A stretch of 28,737 bases of DNA from IMG/VR virus record IMGVR_UViG_3300025018_000448, positions 1-28,737 of that record. One strand, written 5' to 3'. Positions 1 to 7,387 of the stretch are shown here, piece after piece (position 1 is the first letter of the stretch; each line of letters opens with the position of its first letter). The stretch is from a virus (lineage: Duplodnaviria; Caudoviricetes). A program made the position numbers and the translations under genes. The notes below the pieces were generated by a model that was not told the DNA's origin, made no database searches, and saw only the letters and a program-made list of their open reading frames with translations.

Positions 1-36
1 CTTGAGGATAGTGTATTTGATGGTAAGCTCTTTCAT
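1..36 (-). CDS. 5' end of a hypothetical protein running off the window (MKELTIKYTILK...)
   Basis: ATG at 36-34 on the - strand with GGAG about 9 nt upstream; frame is open to the window edge. Confidence 0.5.
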   Translation of the reverse strand, partial: MKELTIKYTILK

Positions 37-173
37 GATCTTTGTCTCCAGTTGTGGATTACTTGCTTTGTTTTGTCCTAGATGGACCCTAAGTGTACTT
101 GAAAGAGCCCGCATGAGGCTCTCTCAGCTACCTTTAGAGTACTAAGAGACCCTTACGCCTCATTTCCCCTTGC

Positions 174-209
174 AAGGTACCAGCTGTCTCCAGAGACAGC
201 TGGTACCTT
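174..209. repeat. 17-bp perfect inverted repeat with 2-nt centre, built around a variant of the GTCTCTAGAGAC palindrome
   Basis: AAGGTACCAGCTGTCTC-CA-GAGACAGCTGGTACCTT read directly. Confidence 0.9.
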
Positions 210-274
210 CAGCCTTTATCTGCTGTTCCCTCCTGCTTTCTCTTTCCCTCCCTACGTCTTCCCGCTTCACCCCC

Positions 275-358
275 TTAATAACCATAGCATTCCTCCAAGT
301 CTACACACCACAGGCACCAAAGAGATAGCTCCTCGCTCCAGATTTGTATAATAGTCAT
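275..358 (-). CDS. small hypothetical protein (27 aa, MTIIQIWSEELSLWCLWCVDLEECYGY)
   Basis: ATGA overlap with the stop of the 355-534 ORF suggests translational coupling; very short. Confidence 0.35.
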   Translation of the reverse strand: MTIIQIWSEELSLWCLWCVDLEECYGY

Positions 359-534
359 ATATCCGCCCTCTTGCCATTCGTGATTGCTTCGTACTCCGAG
401 GTAACACGCTTCTCTATAGCGGCTAGTTGCTCCTCGGCCAGGTACTTCACTGTATTCAGGTACTCTATCTCACTAATAAGGCCCTCGCAGTACATCTCTA
501 ATGCCTCTTCCATCTTCTCATTATACTTTCTCAT
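355..534 (-). CDS. small hypothetical (early-type) protein, 59 aa, MRKYNEKMEEALEMYCEGLISEIEYLNTVKY...
   Basis: Manual translation; AGGAG Shine-Dalgarno 8 nt upstream of ATG; purine-rich coding strand like the real + strand genes; below the ORF-track cutoff. Confidence 0.7.
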   Translation of the reverse strand: MRKYNEKMEEALEMYCEGLISEIEYLNTVKYLAEEQLAAIEKRVTSEYEAITNGKRADI

Positions 535-1274
535 GATGCATTCTCCTACCTTTATATTTATCTTATAAACCCACAGTAAGGATAACAGGACCTTAGCTAC
601 TCCCCTGTTAAGCGGCAGGTCCCTGAATTTAGGCTCTCTAGCCCGCTCTCGGTTCCTGTTATCCCTACAATCGACTTGTAATGATGCCTAAGAAGGTGGC
701 TTAAGCTCCACGTTTATGCTTTGTTCCGGTTCAAGTGAAGTTTGCATGTCGCATTCAGGATTATATATCGCTTGGTCACCTGTGAGTCTAGAGGTTTCTG
801 AGGTCTCCAGTCATGTAGTCACTTGCCGAACCCGTTCAGCGTCTCATCTGAGGCACTGAATTGTGTACTTCCGGATACTGTGAAGGGCATCGGCCTCCTC
901 GATTCGCTTCTTATAGTCCGCACCCGACTTGCTATGGAGTAACAGGCTTGCCAAAGGCCTGTTCCCGGCTCCATGCTCCGGCTATTTAGGTTTTCTTGAT
1001 TCTTGTGAAGTCCTTAGCACCTGAAGGTCCTTGCCTATCACCGTTTACCCCCGGTTTGTACTGGCTATCTTCAGTGTACTCCGTCGAATCCTGCCTACCA
1101 ATTTGTGCTCGTGTTCCGATGATGATGCTAGCCGGTCTCCGGGGCTCTTACTGTTCTCCTTCTTCTTCTTCTTGCCCCTCCTGTTCTCCCGCCGTTCCTA
1201 ACCTGCTTTGTAACGACTATACCTTTTTAAACCTACAAAAGCCCTGAGATATCCATACATTACGCCTACCAACC

Positions 1275-1286
1275 GTCTCTAGAGAC
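1275..1286. promoter_or_regulatory. GTCTCTAGAGAC palindrome, copy 1
   Basis: Exact 12-mer (14 bp with flanking C/G), in the divergent intergenic region. Confidence 0.7.
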
Positions 1287-1304
1287 GCTCCATTGACATG
1301 GAAA

Positions 1305-1334
1305 ACCCAGGGGGCATGAAGACCCAGGGGGCAT
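1305..1334. repeat. two 13-bp direct repeats ACCCAGGGGGCAT (17-bp period) followed by a G/C-run tract
   Basis: Copies at 1305-1317 and 1322-1334; GC-rich tract continues to ~1370. Confidence 0.8.
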
Positions 1335-1599
1335 ACGTCGCGGGCCCTAGCGCCCCCCGCCCCCGGAGAGGTAGTCCTCATATCCCCTGGATATCATAGA
1401 GAATTCCTAGAATCCAATCAGCCAATCCACAAGCCTCTAGAACCCTCTAGAACCCCGTGGCCCAGAACCAGCCTGCTCCATCCTTGCTAGGATACGCAAA
1501 ACATGCTAGGAATTACCTGAGGTACACATAAAGATTATCCCTAAAGAATACAGATACTTAAGGTACCCCTAAAGATCACGTGAACAAATCCCGAGAATC

Positions 1600-1608
1600 T
1601 GTTATAAT
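1600..1608 (+). promoter_or_regulatory. candidate extended -10 promoter for the morphogenesis operon
   Basis: TGTTATAAT is a perfect TGnTATAAT; only a weak -35 (GTGAAC/TGAACA at 1580-1586); ~200 nt upstream of the first + strand gene. Confidence 0.5.
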
Positions 1609-1665
1609 ACTAATAGAAGTACTTAAAGACCCCCACCAGAAGAGCCAAGGGGGCTTTAGAGTCTT

Positions 1666-1695
1666 AAGAGAACAGAAGAGAACAGAAGAGAACAG
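1666..1695 (+). repeat. tandem repeat (AAGAGAACAG)x3
   Basis: Three exact 10-bp units read directly. Confidence 0.9.
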
Positions 1696-1786
1696 AAGAA
1701 TAAGACTATAAGAGACAGAAGATCTTAAGAACAGGAGTATACTAAAAGCTTTATCTCTTATATTTATCAGAAGAGACTAAGAGTAG

Positions 1787-1800
1787 TGTCTCTAGAGACA
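1787..1800. promoter_or_regulatory. TGTCTCTAGAGACA palindrome, copy 2
   Basis: Exact; immediately upstream of the RBS of ORF 1815. Confidence 0.75.
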
Positions 1801-1814
1801 GAAGAGGCTAATGG

Positions 1815-2576
1815 ATGACAAGAGCAGTAATAAAAAGAAGAGTGATAGGAGAAGAAGATTCCTTTAATACAGTCTCAGATGCTGATAGATACGATATCCT
1901 CAGACGCTACAGGCTAGGGGAGACCTTAGTATCTATAGCTAACTTAAAGAACCTTAGTCTAGCTACTATAAAGATCTTTGTCTCTACAGAGATTAGTGGT
2001 CTCTCAACAATACAGGAGATCAACAAACTAACTAATGAGGCTAAAGGTCTTATAACTACTGTAAGAAACCCTACAGCACTAATGAATGATAAGTTCCTAG
2101 AGAACGTAGACGATGGCAAGGAAGTGTATGCCTTCTACTACGCTATGACTGGGAGCAATGAACATGCGCTAGAACAAGCTGGCTTAGATAAGTGGATACC
2201 TACAGGGGTAGGGGCTAAGACTAAGAGATACACTCTCTCAGTTCGTGGTAAGTTCATCAGGGATCTCCCAGGTATCCAAGAGTATATCAATGAGATCAGA
2301 GATAAGAGACTGAGGGATATGGACTTAGGTAAGCCCTATATCCAATCTGAACTAGTAGAGCAGATAGAACAACTGAAGGAGATATCAGGAGATGATCCCA
2401 AGTACAGAAGCAACTTACTAAAAGCTATAGAGCTCCTAGGTCGTACCATGGAAGCCTTCTCTGATACTATAAGAATAGAAGATGCTGATCCTCGCACAGG
2501 TCTTGAGATACTCATGGCTAAAGCTAAGGCTGAAGTATCAGGGGGAGTAACTACGTATGAGCCATCCGAAGAGTAA
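1815..2576 (+). CDS. putative terminase small subunit / DNA-binding protein
   Basis: Overlaps the start of the large terminase; N-terminal HTH-like segment (RYDILRRYRLGETLVSIANLKNLSLATIKIFV); C-terminal 'LKAIELLGR' resembles TerS oligomerisation motifs. Function mostly from synteny. Confidence 0.6.
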   Translation: MTRAVIKRRVIGEEDSFNTVSDADRYDILRRYRLGETLVSIANLKNLSLATIKIFVSTEISGLSTIQEINKLTNEAKGLITTVRNPTALMNDKFLENVDDGKEVYAFYYAMTGSNEHALEQAGLDKWIPTGVGAKTKRYTLSVRGKFIRDLPGIQEYINEIRDKRLRDMDLGKPYIQSELVEQIEQLKEISGDDPKYRSNLLKAIELLGRTMEAFSDTIRIEDADPRTGLEILMAKAKAEVSGGVTTYEPSEE

Positions 2577-3960
2577 TCAGAAGTTACTAGAAGAAGCTCA
2601 GGCATACTACAATGGAAAGCCCATAGAGTTCTTTGAACAAGTACTGAAAGTAAAATTAGATGAGCAACAGAGGAGACTCCTCCTCCGAATAAAGCCTGGA
2701 TGTAGGATAATGGTTAAATCTGGGAAGGGTACTGGGAAATCTTTCCTCCTAGCAGGGCTAACCTTCTACTTTGAGTTCTGCTTCCCAGACTGCTTTATCC
2801 GTACCATCAGCCCATCCTATGATCAGCTACTGGCAGTATACATGAGGGAAGCACACCATCACCACCTCAGGATGATCCCAGAGATTCGAGAGCAGTTCAC
2901 GGTACAGCACGATAAGGTGTACTTAACTAAGCTCCCAACTAATACTATGGAGTGTGTCAGTAGCAAGACATCTAAGCAGGAACGTCTGGGTGGTATGCAC
3001 GCCTTTACTCAGGTGCTCCTCTTTGATGAAGCTTCTGGTGTATCAGATGAAGCCTACTACATGTCTCTGTCATCTATGGGTACAGCATTTGGAGGTGGGT
3101 ATGTTATAGGGGTATCTAACCCTGAGAGAGGGGAGGAGAGCTTCTATTACAACTTATTCGCTAGGGAGGTAGCTGGATGGGACTTACTAACCTTCACTGC
3201 ACAAGATAGTGACCAAGTTAAACCTGAGTTCATACAGCAGATGAAAGATCTCTACGGTGAAGATGGGGATGAATATCGTGTAGCTATCCTAGGGGAGTTT
3301 CCCAGGAGTGATGGTAGTGCCTACATACCCATGTCCCTAGTAGAGAAGGCCATAGCTAATACAGCTGATAGGGCATCTTATATACATGAACCTATAATCA
3401 TAGGAGCTGATATAGCCCGTAGTAAGTCTGGGGATAGTACAGTATTTGCTGTAAGACAAGGGCATAAGGTACTGGATATTATAGCTTTCCAGACAGACGA
3501 CACAATGGTAACAGTAGCAAAGCTTAAGGATATAGCAGCTAAGTATAATGCATCCAAGATATGTATGGATGCTGATGGTGTAGGTGGACCAGTAGCTGAC
3601 AGATGCAGAGAACTAGGCCTCCCAGTCACTGACGTAAGAGGCTCCTTTACATCCTCTGACCCTAGGCAATACGCTAATATAAGGACACAGCTCTGGGGCG
3701 AGATGAGGGAGTGGTTAGACTACGGGGATATCCCAGACCACTATGAGCTAAAGAAAGAATTAGGAACAATGAAGTGGGGATACTCAGGCAAGATGGCTGA
3801 GCAACTAGTGTCTAAGAAGAAGCTTATTGATGCTAGGGGTAGACGAATTAAGAGCCCAGACTACGCTGATGCACTAGCGTACACCTTCTTCTTCTCCACC
3901 ATAAGTTCCTTCAAGAATAAGACTAGGGCTAAACCTATCAAGAAGAGAAAGAGCATATAA
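2557..3960 (+). CDS. terL: terminase large subunit
   Basis: Walker A (VKSGKGTGKS), Walker B (LLFDEASG), coupling motif (VSNP), RNase H-like nuclease acidic motifs (IGADIA, DADGVGG, SPDYADAL). Confidence 0.95.
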   Translation: MSHPKSNQKLLEEAQAYYNGKPIEFFEQVLKVKLDEQQRRLLLRIKPGCRIMVKSGKGTGKSFLLAGLTFYFEFCFPDCFIRTISPSYDQLLAVYMREAHHHHLRMIPEIREQFTVQHDKVYLTKLPTNTMECVSSKTSKQERLGGMHAFTQVLLFDEASGVSDEAYYMSLSSMGTAFGGGYVIGVSNPERGEESFYYNLFAREVAGWDLLTFTAQDSDQVKPEFIQQMKDLYGEDGDEYRVAILGEFPRSDGSAYIPMSLVEKAIANTADRASYIHEPIIIGADIARSKSGDSTVFAVRQGHKVLDIIAFQTDDTMVTVAKLKDIAAKYNASKICMDADGVGGPVADRCRELGLPVTDVRGSFTSSDPRQYANIRTQLWGEMREWLDYGDIPDHYELKKELGTMKWGYSGKMAEQLVSKKKLIDARGRRIKSPDYADALAYTFFFSTISSFKNKTRAKPIKKRKSI

Positions 3961-3970
3961 GGAATAACCA

Positions 3971-6187
3971 ATGATAGAAGTTAAAGGTACACAGGAACTA
4001 AAGGAAGAGCTGGTAGAGTCCGCTGACTCTGCTATCTTTAAAGTTGATGAGTCTTACTCCTCGCTTCTATCTCATATACTGCAGAGCTTCCAGACTAATA
4101 AGGATGCTAAGGAAAGCTCTGGTGTTAATAGAATGCTTATAGAGTCCTTACAGCAGTTCAATGGGGAGTACACCCAGGAAGACCTAAGTATAATCAGTAG
4201 TGAGGGTGGTTCCTCTATATTCCTTAATCTTACAAGTACTAAGGTAAGAGCAGCTATTGCATGGATAAAAGACCTCTTACTCTCTGGCAACATAGACGCA
4301 TTCTCCATAGAGCCCACACCGATCCCGGATCTCCCAGAGGACGTACAGCAAGCCATAGCCGTAAAGCTCTCAGAAGAATTCGATCAGGCTGCAGAGGTAG
4401 GGCAAGGTGAAGTATCTATGACCTTGAAGCTTATGCAAGAGAGGAAGAGAGACCTCATGGATGCTATCTTGGAGGAACAGCAGAAGGAAGCTGAGTACGC
4501 CTTTAAGATATACGATAAGAGAATTAAGGACCAAATGAAGGAAGGTTCCTTTGATAAGGCCTTAAGTTTAGTCATTGATGACTTCTGTGTATTCCCTACG
4601 GCTATAATGAAGGGGCCTATACTTACTAAGGTTCCTCAGCTAAGATGGGAGGGAGGTCTTCCAGTAAGCGGTGATAAGCTTATCTTTAAGAATAAGAGAG
4701 TATCTCCTTTTGATGTATATCCAGCACCAGAGGCTTCTGATCCTGGTACAGGTGACTTTATAGAGCATATGCGCTTAAGTAGGAAGGAAGTCTCGGATCT
4801 GCTTGGGGTAGGAGAGCCCTACAAAGAGGATGCCATACGTAGAGTACTAGAGAATGATATCTCTAAGGGCTCCTCTGATATGGACTCTAATATAGAGCAA
4901 GACAAGGCTAGTGCTGAACTTAAGGATAATACATTTGAATCTAATAAGAATGTCTTCCATGCACTCCACTTCTTCGGTACAGCTCAAGTTAAGATACTGC
5001 GGGAGTGGGGTCTTACAGATGATATAGAAGACCTTGACCCACTTGTAGAAGTAGAGATAGAGGCTATAGTAATTGGTAACGAGATAATTAAGTGTGTACT
5101 AAATGATGATCCTCTACACAGAAGACCATACTTCATAGCATCTTTCCAGAGACGACCAGACTCCTTCTGGGGCTCCTCTATCCCTTGGCAGATGCGAGAT
5201 ATACAGAAGATATGTAATGCCACTGCAAGGGCCCTTATGAATAATATGGGTATCTCCTCAGGCCCTATGATGGAGCTTAATATAGAGCGCCTAGCTGATG
5301 GGCAAGACATAGAGGAGCTAAGAGCTAGGAGCATAGTACAAGTTACTAATGATCCTACTGGTGGTTCCTCCAGGGCTGTACAGTTCTTCTCTGCACCTTC
5401 TAATGCTGCTGAGCTACTAGCTGTATACAAGGAATTCGAGCAGAGGGCTGATGATGTAACTATGATTCCAAGATATGCTTATGGTAACGAGAGAACAGGT
5501 GGTGCAGCGCAGACAGCCTCAGGCCTTTCCATGTTACTTGAGAGTGCATCAAAGGGGATAAAGGATGCTATAAGACATCTTGATGAGGGCATAGTCATTC
5601 CACGTGTAGAGCTAGAGTTCTACTACTTGATACTCAATAATGAGGATCTCCTCTTCACTGGAGATTCTATAGCAATTGCTAGAGGATCTCAGACTCTCCT
5701 AAGGGAAGGTATGGAGCAGCAGAAGAGAGCTGAGTTCCTGCAGATAACAGCTAACCCTGTAGACCAAGAACTTATGGGCCCCATCGGAAGAGCATCCATG
5801 CTTAGAGAGATGGCAGCTCAATTAGGTTACGTGACTAACCCTGTACCTTCTAGGCAAGAACTTAAGCTTATGGTAGCTAAGAAGGCGGCAGAATCTGAGA
5901 AAGCTTCACAGCAATCTGATTCTATGGCTATAACCCAGATGCAGACAGAGGCTCAAATAAGAGTATCTGAGCAGATACAACAGGCTAAGCAACAAGAGCT
6001 AGAGCATCGGAGAGAGAAGGATACTGCCGATATCCAGCTTAGAGTTAAGAAGATGGAAGATGACAAGGAAGTAGCCCAGATGAAAGCCATGGCTAAGATT
6101 AAGGAAACAGAGATGACTAACCAAGCCAAGGCTGAAGATACTAATAAAGGTATTGCCCTACAGTTAAAGACTAATGGAGGGATATAG
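3971..6187 (+). CDS. portal protein
   Basis: 738 aa directly after TerL; podovirus portal-like segments (RVSPFDVYP; FWGSSIPWQMRDIQKICNATARALMNN; TASGLSMLL); long coiled-coil C-terminus like a P22-type barrel. Confidence 0.85.
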   Translation: MIEVKGTQELKEELVESADSAIFKVDESYSSLLSHILQSFQTNKDAKESSGVNRMLIESLQQFNGEYTQEDLSIISSEGGSSIFLNLTSTKVRAAIAWIKDLLLSGNIDAFSIEPTPIPDLPEDVQQAIAVKLSEEFDQAAEVGQGEVSMTLKLMQERKRDLMDAILEEQQKEAEYAFKIYDKRIKDQMKEGSFDKALSLVIDDFCVFPTAIMKGPILTKVPQLRWEGGLPVSGDKLIFKNKRVSPFDVYPAPEASDPGTGDFIEHMRLSRKEVSDLLGVGEPYKEDAIRRVLENDISKGSSDMDSNIEQDKASAELKDNTFESNKNVFHALHFFGTAQVKILREWGLTDDIEDLDPLVEVEIEAIVIGNEIIKCVLNDDPLHRRPYFIASFQRRPDSFWGSSIPWQMRDIQKICNATARALMNNMGISSGPMMELNIERLADGQDIEELRARSIVQVTNDPTGGSSRAVQFFSAPSNAAELLAVYKEFEQRADDVTMIPRYAYGNERTGGAAQTASGLSMLLESASKGIKDAIRHLDEGIVIPRVELEFYYLILNNEDLLFTGDSIAIARGSQTLLREGMEQQKRAEFLQITANPVDQELMGPIGRASMLREMAAQLGYVTNPVPSRQELKLMVAKKAAESEKASQQSDSMAITQMQTEAQIRVSEQIQQAKQQELEHRREKDTADIQLRVKKMEDDKEVAQMKAMAKIKETEMTNQAKAEDTNKGIALQLKTNGGI

Positions 6188-6190
6188 GGT

Positions 6191-6373
6191 ATGCTGAAGT
6201 TTACTAAGGTAGAAGAAGACAGGATACGAGGAGGTGATTTAGGTTTGCTCAGAATAAAGCTAGAGAAACTAGACGCTGAACTCGTAGCCAGTCTACGTTT
6301 TTATAAAGAAGATGTACGTGCCATCCAAGGTGCCTCTCAAGTAACTGAGGCACTACTAAAAATCTTACAGTAA
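6191..6373 (+). CDS. small hypothetical protein between portal and scaffold
   Basis: 60 aa, GGAGG upstream, fills the gap in the operon. Confidence 0.7.
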   Translation: MLKFTKVEEDRIRGGDLGLLRIKLEKLDAELVASLRFYKEDVRAIQGASQVTEALLKILQ

Positions 6374-6382
6374 CTCGGGTCC

Positions 6383-6396
6383 TGTCTCTAGAGACA
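6383..6396. promoter_or_regulatory. TGTCTCTAGAGACA palindrome, copy 3
   Basis: Exact; intergenic, upstream of scaffold/capsid. Confidence 0.75.
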
Positions 6397-6417
6397 CCTC
6401 GACACTTACGGAGAGCT

Positions 6418-7383
6418 ATGAACACTGCGAGAATGTTACAAGAAGAAAAGGAACTTGAGAGTAAACTGTTTGGGACCCCCGAGTCAGCTGAGACCAAGGC
6501 TGATGAGGCTCCCGTTACCAACCCCGAAGAGCAGAGTGCACCTGTTGATACTACAGCGGTCACTGTAGATACTGATAAGCCACTTGAGCATGAGGGTACG
6601 GAAGAGAGAGCTGAGGACTGGAAGTTACGCTACACTAACCTACGTAATAGTAGGGACGTTAAGCTATACAATGCTCAGAAAGCATTAGCTAATTCTGAGA
6701 ACACAGTTAGTATGCTTCAACAGAAGATCTCCGAGCTCATGAGTAGTACCACAAGAGTAGAAGAGGACATCTTTAAGGATGCCTTCACTGAGGAAGAGAG
6801 AGAGGCCTTAGGGCCTACAGCTATTGCAGCAATGCAGAAGACAGCTAAGCTAGCAGCAGATGCAAAGACCTTTAATATCCAGAAGGAACTAAAAGAAGTT
6901 CGGGATAGGGCCCACGCAGATGTCAAAGCTAATGCAGCTAATGCAGCTCAAAGAGCTTATGAAACTTTCCTTGGACGACTAGGGTCTATAGTACCTGATT
7001 ATGCTTCTATAGATACTGACCCTCGGTTTAAGCAATTCATGAATACTCAGGATATTGACGGTGCTGCTCGTATCCAGAACTTCACTATAGCAGAATCTCA
7101 TGGTGATGTAGCTACAGTAGCTAGACACATGTTAGACTTTAAATATTCTCTTAATCCTAAGGCTCAGGCTAAGGCTTCCCTTGATTCTAAGATTGGTCCA
7201 ACAGGTGACGCTACGAAAGTAGTTGTAAACAATAAGGAAACTAATGGTGATCTTACAATGCGTGAGGTCAACGAACACTATAGAAAATTCGCTAGAGGAG
7301 GCTATAAGGGTAGACAATCAGAGTACTTAGCAATGGAGGCCCGGATTGATGCCGCCGCATCTAGCGGTAAAATAAGAGGTTAA
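6418..7383 (+). CDS. putative capsid scaffolding protein
   Basis: Acidic disordered N-terminus, coiled coil, C-terminal 'IDAAASSGKIRG'; lies between portal and capsid. Confidence 0.75.
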   Translation: MNTARMLQEEKELESKLFGTPESAETKADEAPVTNPEEQSAPVDTTAVTVDTDKPLEHEGTEERAEDWKLRYTNLRNSRDVKLYNAQKALANSENTVSMLQQKISELMSSTTRVEEDIFKDAFTEEEREALGPTAIAAMQKTAKLAADAKTFNIQKELKEVRDRAHADVKANAANAAQRAYETFLGRLGSIVPDYASIDTDPRFKQFMNTQDIDGAARIQNFTIAESHGDVATVARHMLDFKYSLNPKAQAKASLDSKIGPTGDATKVVVNNKETNGDLTMREVNEHYRKFARGGYKGRQSEYLAMEARIDAAASSGKIRG

Positions 7384-7387
7384 TAAA

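Noticed and set aside
655-667. - strand TAGGGATAACAGG matching the first 13 nt of the I-SceI site
   Set aside because: The rest of the site differs and the sequence is explained as one arm of a local inverted repeat; no link to the LAGLIDADG genes.
1081-1091. - strand GGATTCGACGG resembling the 5' end of tmRNA
   Set aside because: No GGGG acceptor strand before it and no T-arm/CCA end found downstream.
914-1220. ATAGTC (914) and GACTAT (1215) as P7 of another group I intron
   Set aside because: They are in the wrong order on both strands and no P3/P4 elements or interrupted gene flank them.
344-1247. + strand ORFs 344..568 and 996..1247
   Set aside because: TTG starts without an RBS and pyrimidine-rich composition unlike the real genes; the first is antisense to a better - strand ORF.
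1293-1298. TTGACA as a sigma70 -35 box
   Set aside because: No -10 hexamer at 16-18 nt spacing.
1666-1700. Short repeats as a CRISPR array
   Set aside because: Head-to-tail 10-bp units without spacers; the dispersed palindromes are kilobases apart.
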